Part shown: positions 42,781 to 51,937 of the stretch, piece by piece
Layout of the letters: the number at the start of each line of letters is the position of its first letter
Position numbering within the stretch: the first letter of the stretch is position 1
NCBI GenBank assembly: GCA_963754515.1
Contig: CAVWGC010000001.1
Coordinates: 456 to 64,455, forward strand
Direction of reading: 5' to 3'
Length of the DNA: 64,000 nucleotides
DNA from: an uncultured delta proteobacterium
GTDB lineage: Bacteria; Desulfobacterota; Syntrophia; Syntrophales; Fen-1087
Translations under genes and position numbers: made by a program
Notes under the pieces: generated by a model
Databases searched by the model: none
Told to the model about the DNA's origin: nothing
Seen by the model: only the letters and a program-made list of their open reading frames with translations

Positions 42781-43383
42781 TCAGGTTTTGTTCCACACAA
42801 CCACCACGGCCCGCGCCGGGGCCTCCGTCAGCGAGCGGAAACTGTGGTTCAGGCCGGAGTCAAAATAAAGGGCGTCGCCGGCAGAAAGGCTCTCCACGCG
42901 GTCATTGGTGCGGAATTCAAGCTTTCCATCCAGAAGAAACATGAATTCCTCTCCTTCGTGGCTCGTGAACACCATCTCTGCCGTTTCCATCGGCACGAAT
43001 TCGACCAGAAGCGGTTCCATATGCTTGCCGGGCATCCTGGCCTCGAGGGACTCGTAGACATAATCGACCTCGCCTTCCCGGTGATGCGGGCGCCGCTTGA
43101 CGCTGAGCCGTTCTCCGGCCCGGGTGACGGAAACCTGCTCGACAGGCGCCTCATCCTTGAAGAAATAGGCCATCCCGATATTGAGCGCCCTGGCCAGCTT
43201 CAGCAGGGTGGCCACGGGCGGCATGATCTCGTCGGATTCGATCTCGTTCAGCACGGATTTGGAAATGCCGGTCTTCGCAGCCAGGTCGTGGAGGGTATAG
43301 AAGTTTCTTTCACGCAGATCTTTGACCTTGCCGCCGATTTTGAATTCCCCTGCGGCAGAAAGGGTTTGCTCGTTCTGTGGCAT
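42781..43383 (-). CDS. XRE-family HTH regulator with a C-terminal cupin domain
   Basis: LRERNFYTLHDLAAKTGISKSVLNEIESDE (HTH_3), then a cupin beta-barrel (HEGEEFMFLLDGKLEF...YFDSGLNHSF). Start at MPQNEQ after GGAGGTG. Confidence 0.8.
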   Translation of the reverse strand: MPQNEQTLSAAGEFKIGGKVKDLRERNFYTLHDLAAKTGISKSVLNEIESDEIMPPVATLLKLARALNIGMAYFFKDEAPVEQVSVTRAGERLSVKRRPHHREGEVDYVYESLEARMPGKHMEPLLVEFVPMETAEMVFTSHEGEEFMFLLDGKLEFRTNDRVESLSAGDALYFDSGLNHSFRSLTEAPARAVVVVWNKT

Positions 43384-43582
43384 TTTCTCACCTCCACCGG
43401 AACAGGTTCGTATGAGGTTAAGAACAACCTTTGGATGACAGACGGGCTTCTTATATCGGAAGTCAACGACATGATGCCCAAGGGAAACGGGGATGTCAAG
43501 GAAAAACAGGAAAAACGACGGCATGAATGCGGCGCCGAAGCGGTCGCCGTGCCCGTGATACATGCCGTATTCTGAAGCGCCC

Positions 43583-45244
43583 TCAGGACTCTCTGCGGCG
43601 GCAGGCATCCACAACGAGTTGTGCAAGGTGATCGCCGATCAGGGCATAGGGCAGAAGCACTTCATTGGCCCCGCTCGTTTTCAAAATTTCAACCTCATCA
43701 ACCGAATCGGCAGTGGCGACGATAACGGCGTTCGGCGCTATGACGCGACAGGTCGTTACTATTGACTGGTTGTTTGTTCCCTTAAGCAGCATATCGGGAA
43801 TGGTCGAAAGGATCACTTCCGCATGAGCGACGTGGGCGTGTTCCAGAGTATCCCTGCTGCTGATGTCGCCGAATATTCCCTTAATATTCCTGTCATTTAA
43901 CTCTTTCAGGACTTCGAGGTTGAAATCGATCACCAGGGTCTTCTTCAAAATATCGGGAGATATTTCATCCAGCCGGTCGATGACAGACCGGGCCCCACGG
44001 TGAAACCCGAGGAGCACCACCGGATAATGATTCCGAAGTTCCTCCGATGCTGATTCTTTGTATTTCGACGCTAAGCCGGTCCTGGCGAGCAAACGCTCGA
44101 ACATCAGGTACGCATCGTGATTGCCCTTGATGAAATAGGAAGAAAGGACCGAGGTGACGGCCATCGCGTAGATGATCAGCGACAGCATGCGTTGCTCGAT
44201 GTGGCCGTAACCCACACCGAGAGCCGCGACCACAAGCGAGAATTCGCTGACCTGCGACAGATTGAGACTGGCGATGAAGCTCGTGCGCCGTCCGCTTCCG
44301 GCAAGCGAGAGGATCGGATAGATCGTCAGAAAACGGGAGACGATCACGAACAATACGATAACCCCCGCCATGATCAGCATGGCGAGGTCCGGAACGGGGA
44401 TCTTCATGCCGATGGACAGAAAAAAGAGAGTCAGAAAGAAATCGCGCAGGGGCAGCACCTTTGCCGTGACATGGACGCTGTAGGGAAACGTTGAGATGGC
44501 CACCCCGGCGATCAACGCCCCCATTTCCATGGAAAGACCGATCCAGGCCCCCGTTCCCGCCATGAACGCGCACCAGGCAATGGACATGGCCACCACCATT
44601 TCCGGCGTTTTCGAGATTTTTTCAAAAACCCAGCGAAGCAGATATTTGCTTAGAAAAAAACCAATGGCCAGAAGCGCTATACTCTTGCCGAGCGCGATGA
44701 CGACGAGATGAATCTGAGGATTGGTAAAATGGGGCTGCAGGGCCAGGATCAGGATCGCCCAGAGGTCCTGAAAGATGAGGATGCCGAGCGTCATGCGGCC
44801 CGGAAGGGTGTCGAACTCAAACTTGTCGTACAGGAGCTTGACCACAATGGCCGTACTGCTCAACGCGCAGAGCAGCGCCAGATACAGGGCGTCGATCCGG
44901 CCTTTGCTGAGCTCGTAGCCCAACAACAGGAAGAACCCCAGCCCCATGAGAACACACAGGATAAACTGACCCACCCCGGCGTAGAACAACTGCCGCCCTG
45001 AAGAGAGAAGTTTTTTGGGATTGAGTTCCAGGCCGATAATGAACAGCAGCAGGATCAATCCGATTTCCGAGATGACTTCGACATTGGCCGGCTCGGAGAC
45101 CAGCTTGAAGCCTATCCCGGGACCAATCAGGGCGCCGGCAACGAGATAACCCAGGATGACGGGCTGACGGAAAAGCTGGAAGACAAACCCAAGCGCCGTG
45201 GCCGAAAGAATGGAAATGCCGATATCGGGAAGGAGGCCATGCAT
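43583..45244 (-). CDS. CPA2 cation:proton antiporter with a C-terminal RCK (TrkA-N) domain
   Basis: Kef-type N-terminus (QPVILGYLVAGALIGP), about 12 TM segments, and VVLLGFHRGARSV Rossmann-like RCK. Confidence 0.85.
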   Translation of the reverse strand: MHGLLPDIGISILSATALGFVFQLFRQPVILGYLVAGALIGPGIGFKLVSEPANVEVISEIGLILLLFIIGLELNPKKLLSSGRQLFYAGVGQFILCVLMGLGFFLLLGYELSKGRIDALYLALLCALSSTAIVVKLLYDKFEFDTLPGRMTLGILIFQDLWAILILALQPHFTNPQIHLVVIALGKSIALLAIGFFLSKYLLRWVFEKISKTPEMVVAMSIAWCAFMAGTGAWIGLSMEMGALIAGVAISTFPYSVHVTAKVLPLRDFFLTLFFLSIGMKIPVPDLAMLIMAGVIVLFVIVSRFLTIYPILSLAGSGRRTSFIASLNLSQVSEFSLVVAALGVGYGHIEQRMLSLIIYAMAVTSVLSSYFIKGNHDAYLMFERLLARTGLASKYKESASEELRNHYPVVLLGFHRGARSVIDRLDEISPDILKKTLVIDFNLEVLKELNDRNIKGIFGDISSRDTLEHAHVAHAEVILSTIPDMLLKGTNNQSIVTTCRVIAPNAVIVATADSVDEVEILKTSGANEVLLPYALIGDHLAQLVVDACRRRES

Positions 45245-45259
45245 GACCGTGATCGTTTT

Positions 45260-45457
45260 CTATCCAGGCACGCGTTTCACGGCGCCGCTGTTTACAAGCT
45301 CGTGCAACTGGGCCAGGAGCTGCCGCTCCTGGGGGTCGATTTTCATATCCGCATTGGCGAGCGCGAGAATCTTTTCGTATTCCATGGTCGTCAGTTCATG
45401 ATCCTCGATGGCCTTGTCGATCATTTCTTTTAATTTGGCGGCTTCTTTGCTTAACAT
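45260..45457 (-). CDS. Small helical hypothetical protein upstream of the antiporter
   Basis: MLSKEAAKLKEMIDKAIEDHELTTMEYEKILALANADMKIDPQERQLLAQLHELVNSG. The rest of the track ORF is R1 repeat DNA. The stop lies 15 nt before the antiporter start. Confidence 0.45.
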   Translation of the reverse strand: MLSKEAAKLKEMIDKAIEDHELTTMEYEKILALANADMKIDPQERQLLAQLHELVNSGAVKRVPG

Positions 45458-45518
45458 GAATAACACCTCTCTCTGGATTCTGCTCACTTGGACCGGATCG
45501 CTCTTTCGGGCATGACGG

Positions 45519-45653
45519 CTTCGTAGAAAGTCCGGATGCTGCGTGGCGCTGCATCCTTCGTCATTGCGGCGTACGTAAAAGTACGCCTCATTTGGATGGG
45601 GACACGACTCTGTCATGTCCCCATGCGCCTTGCCTGCGGAACTTTTTACGCAG
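45519..45653 (+). repeat. Repeat family R1, long form
   Basis: CTTCGTAGAAAGT...CTTTTTACGCAG, with an internal palindrome as in 16718-16852. Confidence 0.85.
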
Positions 45654-45775
45654 CCGTCGAAATAGGCTCATTTTTCGATTTTTTGCGAGTCCGTCAATCA
45701 TGCGGCAATATAGGAGAGTACATCGGGAATGTCAATACCATTCCTGGAACTTGAGCGTGCGTACGGGCTTTGATC

Positions 45776-47770
45776 TCATGCCTTTCCTGGTTCGGGATGA
45801 TTGTACAGACGCATCGCGTCTGCAATCTTGTCGGGTTCACCGACGACAAACAGGATATCTCCTTCCGAAAAGACCGTTTCAGCCGGGGGGTTGGAAATGA
45901 TCTCATTCTTCCGGCGCACGGCCAACACGGACACACCCATCTTTTTTCGCATCTCCGTCTCGGCCAGCGTTTTCCCGGTAAGCAGCGAGCCTTCGGCAAT
46001 GCGAAAGGATTTTATTTCCACGTCCGGCAGGCATAATTCAATATCCATACAGGTTGAGGCCTCCCTCGAAAGGCTTCGCAGCATCTCGTAGCGCTCCGAA
46101 CGGATTTCCGCCACAAACCGCTCAATCTCCTCCTTCGGCATGAGATATTTTGCCAGCACACGGCTGAAGATTTCCACCGACGTTTCAAATTCTTCCGGAA
46201 TGACTTCATCGGCGCCCAGCTCGCACAGGGGCGCCATTTCCTGAATGAACCGCGTGCGGACTACAAGATAAATTTTCGAATTCAATCTTCGGGCCAATTC
46301 CGTAATCCGTCGTGTTGCCGCCGGATCATTGATGACCACCACCAGGGCCTTGGCGGTTTTAATGTTCAAATGCTGAAGAACCGCCTCCTGGGTGGCGTCG
46401 CCGTAATAGATCGGCGTCCCTTTGGCACGCTCCTCCCTCACCACCGTCGGGTTCATTTCGAGGATGACGTAAGGAATGCCGCTGAATTTCGCGGCGCGGG
46501 CCAGATTCCGCCCGTTGAGGCCAAATCCCACAATAACGAGATGGTTTTTTGCATGCAACCGCTCCGTATGGGGCGCCGGATAGGATCCCCGCTTGATGTT
46601 TCTGGGCAGGGGCAATTTTTGGACCAGCGCTGCAATCCGGGGGGACGCCGCCAGGGCAAAGGGCGTCGCCATCATCGTCAACACGGATACCGCCAGGAAT
46701 CCCTGATGCATAGCACCCGCAAGCAGGCCATGCTGAAGGGCCTTCTCCGACAGGATAAAGGAAAATTCACCCACCTGGCCGAGGGAAACGGACACGAGAA
46801 CGGCCGTGCGCAAGGAAAGGCCCAGGAGGATCGCGATCACAAGGACAATCAGGGCTTTGAAGATGAATACGCCCAGGGCCAGCAACGCCAGATAAAGAGG
46901 GTGCTCCAGAAGAAACCCCATATTGAGCAGCATCCCGATGGATACGAAAAAGAAGCTCGTGAAGACGTCGCGGAAGGGCAGGATGTTGCCGAGCGCCTGA
47001 TGGCTGTATTCGGATTCGGAGATGATCAGTCCGGCCATAAAGGCGCCCAGGGCCAGGGAGAGTCCCGCCAGGTGGGTCAGCCAGGCTACGGCCAGACAGA
47101 TGGCGATTACGCTTAGCAGGAACAATTCACGGCTTTTTGTACGGGCGATGCTGTAGAATACGTGCGGCACGATCCATTTCGCACTGACGATCACCAGCGC
47201 AACGATCGCGACGACCTTCGCCAGAAAAAGCAGCAGCGAATCCATATCGCCGCCCTTCCCCTCTCCGGCCAGCAGCGGAACAAGCAGCATCATGGGAACG
47301 ATGATGATGTCCTGAAAGATCAGGATGCCGAGGGCCGTGTTGCCCTGCGGGGTTTCGACCTCGGCACGGTCCTGGAGGATTTTCATGACGATGGCGGTGC
47401 TGCTCAGGGAAACCAGAAAGCCGATCAGCACCGATTCCCCGATGCCCAAGCCGAAATATCGCGAGACGCCAAAGGCGGCGGCGACCGTGATGACGACCTG
47501 AAGCGAACCGCCGATCAAGACGGATCTCCTGATCTGCAGCAGGCTGCGGAAGGAAAATTCAAGGCCGATCGTAAAAAGCAGCAGCACCACGCCCACATCG
47601 GCCAGGATTTTGACCGCGTCAATATCCCGGACCAGTCCCAGCCCGTAGGGACCGCTGATCAGGCCGGTCGCCAGAAATCCCACGATAATGGGAACCCGTA
47701 TCAGGTGGCACACATACAGAACAAAGGCCGAAAGGCCAACGATAATGAGGATATCATTCAACAGGGGCAT
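45776..47770 (-). CDS. CPA2 cation:proton antiporter with TrkA-N and TrkA-C domains
   Basis: VPIIVGFLATGLISGP, 12-13 TM segments, LVIVGFGLNGRNLA (RCK-N), and a C-terminal RCK-C (GKTLAETEMRKKMGVSVLAVRR). Confidence 0.85.
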   Translation of the reverse strand: MPLLNDILIIVGLSAFVLYVCHLIRVPIIVGFLATGLISGPYGLGLVRDIDAVKILADVGVVLLLFTIGLEFSFRSLLQIRRSVLIGGSLQVVITVAAAFGVSRYFGLGIGESVLIGFLVSLSSTAIVMKILQDRAEVETPQGNTALGILIFQDIIIVPMMLLVPLLAGEGKGGDMDSLLLFLAKVVAIVALVIVSAKWIVPHVFYSIARTKSRELFLLSVIAICLAVAWLTHLAGLSLALGAFMAGLIISESEYSHQALGNILPFRDVFTSFFFVSIGMLLNMGFLLEHPLYLALLALGVFIFKALIVLVIAILLGLSLRTAVLVSVSLGQVGEFSFILSEKALQHGLLAGAMHQGFLAVSVLTMMATPFALAASPRIAALVQKLPLPRNIKRGSYPAPHTERLHAKNHLVIVGFGLNGRNLARAAKFSGIPYVILEMNPTVVREERAKGTPIYYGDATQEAVLQHLNIKTAKALVVVINDPAATRRITELARRLNSKIYLVVRTRFIQEMAPLCELGADEVIPEEFETSVEIFSRVLAKYLMPKEEIERFVAEIRSERYEMLRSLSREASTCMDIELCLPDVEIKSFRIAEGSLLTGKTLAETEMRKKMGVSVLAVRRKNEIISNPPAETVFSEGDILFVVGEPDKIADAMRLYNHPEPGKA

Positions 47771-47814
47771 GCTGATAATCTACCATCGGAGAAAAAACAT
47801 GTCGAGAAAAATCA

Positions 47815-47844
47815 TTGACATTTGCTTTTGAAAAGACTTAGTAT
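47815..47844 (+). promoter_or_regulatory. Sigma70-like promoter for the nitroreductase gene
   Basis: TTGACA at 47815-47820, 18-nt spacer, TAGTAT at 47839-47844. Confidence 0.4.
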
Positions 47845-47948
47845 GCGGCGCAGTCAGAATCGTTACGGCAACCAGACGCAAAGCGGGCTTTCAGGGCACT
47901 GGCTTTTATAAAGAGATGCCCTTTGAAGGTCGTCACCGGGAGGTCGGC

Positions 47949-48518
47949 ATGATCAAAGATCTTGTCGTCAGGAACAGAACTTACCGTCGTTTTGATCAGA
48001 GCTTCGCCATCGGCATGGACACGTTGCAGGATCTGGTTGACATGGCCAGGTTGAGCGGCTCGGCCGGCAACAAACAACCCCTCAAATACATCCTTTCCTG
48101 CGATCCCCCGAAAAACACGCTCATTTTTGAACACCTGGCCTGGGCCGGTTATCTGAAGGATTGGCCCGGCCCCGCCGAGGGTGAAAGACCCTCCGCCTAT
48201 ATCCTCATGCTGGGCGACAAAGAGATCAGCCCGTCTTTTGATTTCGACAACGGCATCGCCGCACAGAGTATTCTGCTGGGCGCTGTGGAAAAAGGGCTCG
48301 GCGGCTGCATGATCGGCTCCATCCAGCGGCCCAAACTTCGTGAAAAGCTCAATATTCCGGAAAGATATGAGATCCTCCTGGTCATCGCCCTGGGCAGGCC
48401 CGTCGAAACGGTCATCCTCGAGACGGTGAAGGCCGATGGAGACATCAGATACTGGCGCGACCATGACGGCAGACATTATGTTCCCAAGCGATCTTTGGAC
48501 GATATTATTGTGTCTTAA
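47949..48518 (+). CDS. Nitroreductase-family protein
   Basis: RNRTYRRFDQS...SGSAGNKQPLKYI...GIAAQSILLGAVEKGLGGCMIG. The ATG at 47949 follows GGGAGG. Confidence 0.85.
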   Translation: MIKDLVVRNRTYRRFDQSFAIGMDTLQDLVDMARLSGSAGNKQPLKYILSCDPPKNTLIFEHLAWAGYLKDWPGPAEGERPSAYILMLGDKEISPSFDFDNGIAAQSILLGAVEKGLGGCMIGSIQRPKLREKLNIPERYEILLVIALGRPVETVILETVKADGDIRYWRDHDGRHYVPKRSLDDIIVS

Positions 48519-48604
48519 GAAGGAATTGTCATTGCCGCATTTTGGCAACAGGAATGCATTGATCACTTTATTTTATTGATTTTATTGATGAAAGGAGGAT
48601 GTTT

Positions 48605-50371
48605 ATGACAACCACAGTCGTTATTATCATCGGTTTTATCATTTATGTAGGTCTCTACTTCACGTACGGTAAAAAGATCGAGCGGGACGTCGTCCGGGCG
48701 TCGGACGATATCAAGACGCCCGCCCATCGCCTTTACGACGGCGTGGACTACATTCCGGCCCATAAGGCGGTCCTCTTCGGACATCACTTTTCGTCCATCG
48801 CCGGCGCGGGGCCGCTCGTCGGGCCGGCACTGGCCATTTGTTGGGGCTGGCTTCCGGGCCTGTTGTGGGTCTGGTTCGGCAATGTCCTGATCGGCTCCGT
48901 GCACGACTATCTGGCCCTGATGGCTTCGGTGCGTTACGACGGCAAATCCGTCCAGTTCGTGGCGTCGGATCTGATCTCCAAAAGGACGGGCAGGGCCTTC
49001 TACTGGCTCGTCTTTTTCCTGCTGATCCTGGTCGTGGCGGCCTTTGGCAATATCATCGGCATGATGTTCGTCAACACGCCGTCAATCGCCGGAGCTTCCA
49101 TTTACATGACTTTCGCCGGGCTCATCCTGGGGGTCCTGATCTACCGGGTCAAGATGAACCTGCCGGCAGCCACCGTCATCGGCATCGTCATGATGGCTAT
49201 CGCCATCTGGGCAGGCACGCAATTTCCCGTGCCGGCCAGCTACGAGGTGTGGATGGTGGTTCTGTTCCTCTACATCATCATCGCCGCGGCCATACCCGTG
49301 AATGTGCTCTTGCAGCCGCGGGATTACATGAATTCCTTCCTGCTGTATTTCGGCATCGCCATCGGGTTCATCGCCGCCATCTTCACGTTCCGGGGCTTTG
49401 AGGTTCCCATGGTAACCTCGTTTTCGCCGATCCTGATGGGAGGAAAACCGACGCCCTTCTGGCCCGCCATCCTGCTGGTCATCGCCTGCGGCTCGCTGTC
49501 GGGTTTCCACTCACTCGTCGGATCCGGCACCACTTCTAAACAGCTCTCCAAAGAGAGTGACGGCCTGTTCGTGGGATACGGCGCCATGTTTACGGAAGGC
49601 TTCCTCTCAACGTTGATTATCTGCGCCATCGGCGGCTTCGGCTATACGGCCATCCAGAACGCCCATGCCGCGCAGGCCGCAGCGGCTCTGGCCAAGGACG
49701 CCACGGCGGCCATGGTACCGTTAGCCCTGACTGCGGACAACTGGGGGGAACTCTACACGAAGACCACGGCGACCCTGAAGCTCCCGGCGCCGACCATGAT
49801 CGTCCAGTGCTTCTCCGACATGGTCGCCGCGAGTTTCCTGTCCTTCCTGCCCGTGAAGATCGTCAAGGTCATCGCGGGGCTCTGGATTTCGGCCTTCGCC
49901 CTGACAACGCTCGATACGACAAACCGGCTGGCCCGCTACTGCCTCGTGGAGATGCTTCAGCCGCTGAAAAACACGGCGGAGGGTCTTTACAAGGCCCTGA
50001 CGTTCCGCTGGACCGCCTCGCTTATTCCTGCGGCCATCGGCATCTATCTGGCCTGGAGCAAACAGTTCACGATCCTCTGGCCGTCTTTCAGCGCCGCCAA
50101 CCAACTCATCGCCGCCATCGCACTGATGACGGGCGCAGCCTATGTCTCCAAGAAGATGCAGTCCAAGTTTGCCATCATGGCCGTCATTCCGGCCTGGCTC
50201 CTCTGGATCACCGTCACGGCGGCCATCATCTGGTTCATGGCCGTCGTCATGCCGGGCGCCATTGCCAAAAGCCCCGGTCAGGGCTGGACGGTCCAGATCA
50301 TCATGGGGATCATGCTGATCCTGAACATCCTGTTTATTGTTGACTTTACGAAGTCGAGGAAACAGCCGTAA
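48605..50371 (+). CDS. cstA: Carbon starvation protein A (peptide/pyruvate transporter family)
   Basis: VLFGHHFSSIAGAGPLVGPALA signature and about 16 TM segments. The ATG at 48605 is 6 nt after GGAGG. The track start at 48599 abuts the RBS. Confidence 0.9.
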   Translation: MTTTVVIIIGFIIYVGLYFTYGKKIERDVVRASDDIKTPAHRLYDGVDYIPAHKAVLFGHHFSSIAGAGPLVGPALAICWGWLPGLLWVWFGNVLIGSVHDYLALMASVRYDGKSVQFVASDLISKRTGRAFYWLVFFLLILVVAAFGNIIGMMFVNTPSIAGASIYMTFAGLILGVLIYRVKMNLPAATVIGIVMMAIAIWAGTQFPVPASYEVWMVVLFLYIIIAAAIPVNVLLQPRDYMNSFLLYFGIAIGFIAAIFTFRGFEVPMVTSFSPILMGGKPTPFWPAILLVIACGSLSGFHSLVGSGTTSKQLSKESDGLFVGYGAMFTEGFLSTLIICAIGGFGYTAIQNAHAAQAAAALAKDATAAMVPLALTADNWGELYTKTTATLKLPAPTMIVQCFSDMVAASFLSFLPVKIVKVIAGLWISAFALTTLDTTNRLARYCLVEMLQPLKNTAEGLYKALTFRWTASLIPAAIGIYLAWSKQFTILWPSFSAANQLIAAIALMTGAAYVSKKMQSKFAIMAVIPAWLLWITVTAAIIWFMAVVMPGAIAKSPGQGWTVQIIMGIMLILNILFIVDFTKSRKQP

Positions 50372-50397
50372 GACATTGCCGTTAAACCATTCAACCG

Positions 50398-50437
50398 GAT
50401 GGGACGGCGCAGGTTTCCCAACCTGCGCCGTCCCATC
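50398..50437 (+). terminator. 18-bp perfect stem-loop after cstA (terminator-like, no U-tract)
   Basis: GATGGGACGGCGCAGGTT-tccc-AACCTGCGCCGTCCCATC. Confidence 0.45.
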
Positions 50438-50463
50438 CACTCCGATATTCACGAAAAGGCCTT

Positions 50464-50498
50464 TGAAAAATGGCCGCGCCGCGTGCGAGCCATTTTTC
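50464..50498. repeat. Miniature R3-like hairpin
   Basis: TGAAAAATGGC-N14-GCCATTTTTC uses the same terminal 10-mers as the R3 elements. Confidence 0.55.
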
Positions 50499-50814
50499 TG
50501 CGGTTATGCAGAACTCTCGCGGACTCTTCATGGACTCTAAATGGATGCGCTTCTGCCGCCGGATTGCCGCCGATATGGGCACAACCCAGCGTCAGCGCGC
50601 GGCGGCCCTCACCTGCGTGGAAGAGCGGGAGCTCGAAAATATCTTTGCGCTGCTGCTGCTGGGGTCTTTTGTCGGCCTGCCGGCGCCGCCGACCTTTCTG
50701 GCCGTGGAACTTCTCCCCTTTATGCAAAAAGAACTAAAGCTCTTGAGCCAGCGGGCGGAGGACGCCCCGGATATGCTGGCCGTGCTCATGGGATCCTTGG
50801 GGGTTGACGGATGA
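50470..50814 (+). CDS. Small hydrophobic hypothetical protein, translationally coupled to the ArsA-like ATPase (start uncertain: 50470, 50506, 50530 or 50545)
   Basis: The frame ends GVDG-TGA, overlapping the arsA-like ATG (ATGA). Hydrophobic core IFALLLLGSFVGLPAPPTFLAVELLPF. The first ATG lies inside the hairpin at 50464-50498, so a later start is likelier. Confidence 0.4.
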   Translation: MAAPRASHFSAVMQNSRGLFMDSKWMRFCRRIAADMGTTQRQRAAALTCVEERELENIFALLLLGSFVGLPAPPTFLAVELLPFMQKELKLLSQRAEDAPDMLAVLMGSLGVDG

Positions 50815-51776
50815 GGATCTTGTTTTATACCGGCAAGGGCGGCGTCGGAAAATCCACCATGGCCGCGGCGGCGGCATGGCAGCTCTCAAAGAAACACCGG
50901 GTCCTGATTGTCTCCCTGGATCCGGCTCATAACCTGGGTGACCTGTTCGGAGTCAGCCTGAAAAACCGCCGCAAGCGCTTCTCCGATACCCTCTATCTCG
51001 AAGAAGTCGACCTGAAACGCCTGGCCCGGGCCTATCTGGAACGGGAAACGACCGTTCTTGAGGAATCCTATCCCTATCTGAGCGCCATGAATCTTGACCG
51101 TTATTTCTCGGTGCTCAAGTATTCGCCCGGCATCGAGGAATACGCGCTTTTGACCAGCATCGAGAAGACGATCCGCGAAGACCTGGATTTTGATTTCATC
51201 ATCTTCGACACGCCGCCGACGGGGCTCACGCTGCGGTTTCTGGCGCTGCCCCAGGTCACCGTCACGTGGATCGAGCGGCTGACGGCTATCCGGCGCCAGA
51301 TTCTGGAAAAACGCTACACGATCCAGAAGATCCGCGGAACCCCCGGAAACGAAAGCGCGGAGACGGGCGTTCGCCTCAACTTCAGCGAGGACGACGACGA
51401 CATGCTCAGGCGGCTCAAAACGCTGCACGAGAATTACCGACGGCTGAACGGGACTCTCCAGGGGGCGGATTGCGGGATCGTTCTCGTTTTCAATCCCGAC
51501 CTGCTTTCAATACGGGAATCGGAGCGGCTCATCACGGGGCTCAAAGAGCTGAAACTTCCATTGAGGCTCCTGATCCAGAACAAGGTCTCCACGGAAAACG
51601 CCGATACGGCGGAGCGGACGGCCCTGCATCTCCGAACGAAGGTCAGTCAAGACATCCCTTTTCAGCAGGTCAGATTGCAAAGCGCTCTGGCCGACGACCG
51701 GGGCGACGATTTCTTTTCCCTGCCGGAAGATATGACGAAACATTTGATTTCAACAGCGGGTAACGATCATGTTTGA
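50811..51776 (+). CDS. ArsA/Get3-family P-loop ATPase, single-domain (321 aa)
   Basis: MRILFYTGKGGVGKSTMAAA (deviant Walker A), SLDPAHNLGDLFG, and IIFDTPPTGLTLRFL. Confidence 0.85.
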   Translation: MRILFYTGKGGVGKSTMAAAAAWQLSKKHRVLIVSLDPAHNLGDLFGVSLKNRRKRFSDTLYLEEVDLKRLARAYLERETTVLEESYPYLSAMNLDRYFSVLKYSPGIEEYALLTSIEKTIREDLDFDFIIFDTPPTGLTLRFLALPQVTVTWIERLTAIRRQILEKRYTIQKIRGTPGNESAETGVRLNFSEDDDDMLRRLKTLHENYRRLNGTLQGADCGIVLVFNPDLLSIRESERLITGLKELKLPLRLLIQNKVSTENADTAERTALHLRTKVSQDIPFQQVRLQSALADDRGDDFFSLPEDMTKHLISTAGNDHV

Positions 51777-51816
51777 TGAACCAGCAAAAAGTCGAGCAAT
51801 GAACCGGACACGACGG

Positions 51817-51931
51817 CTTTGTAAAAAGCTCCGCAGGCAAGGCGCGCAAATCATGAGGAGTGAAGCGTACTTTGGCGTACGCCGCAATGACGAAGGATGC
51901 AGCGCAACGCGGCATCCGGACTTTTTACGAG
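51817..51931 (-). repeat. Repeat family R1, short form, inverted
   Basis: Reverse complement of the 8748-8863 type. It lies between the ArsA-like gene and the next ORF. Confidence 0.85.
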
Positions 51932-51937
51932 GGCGTC

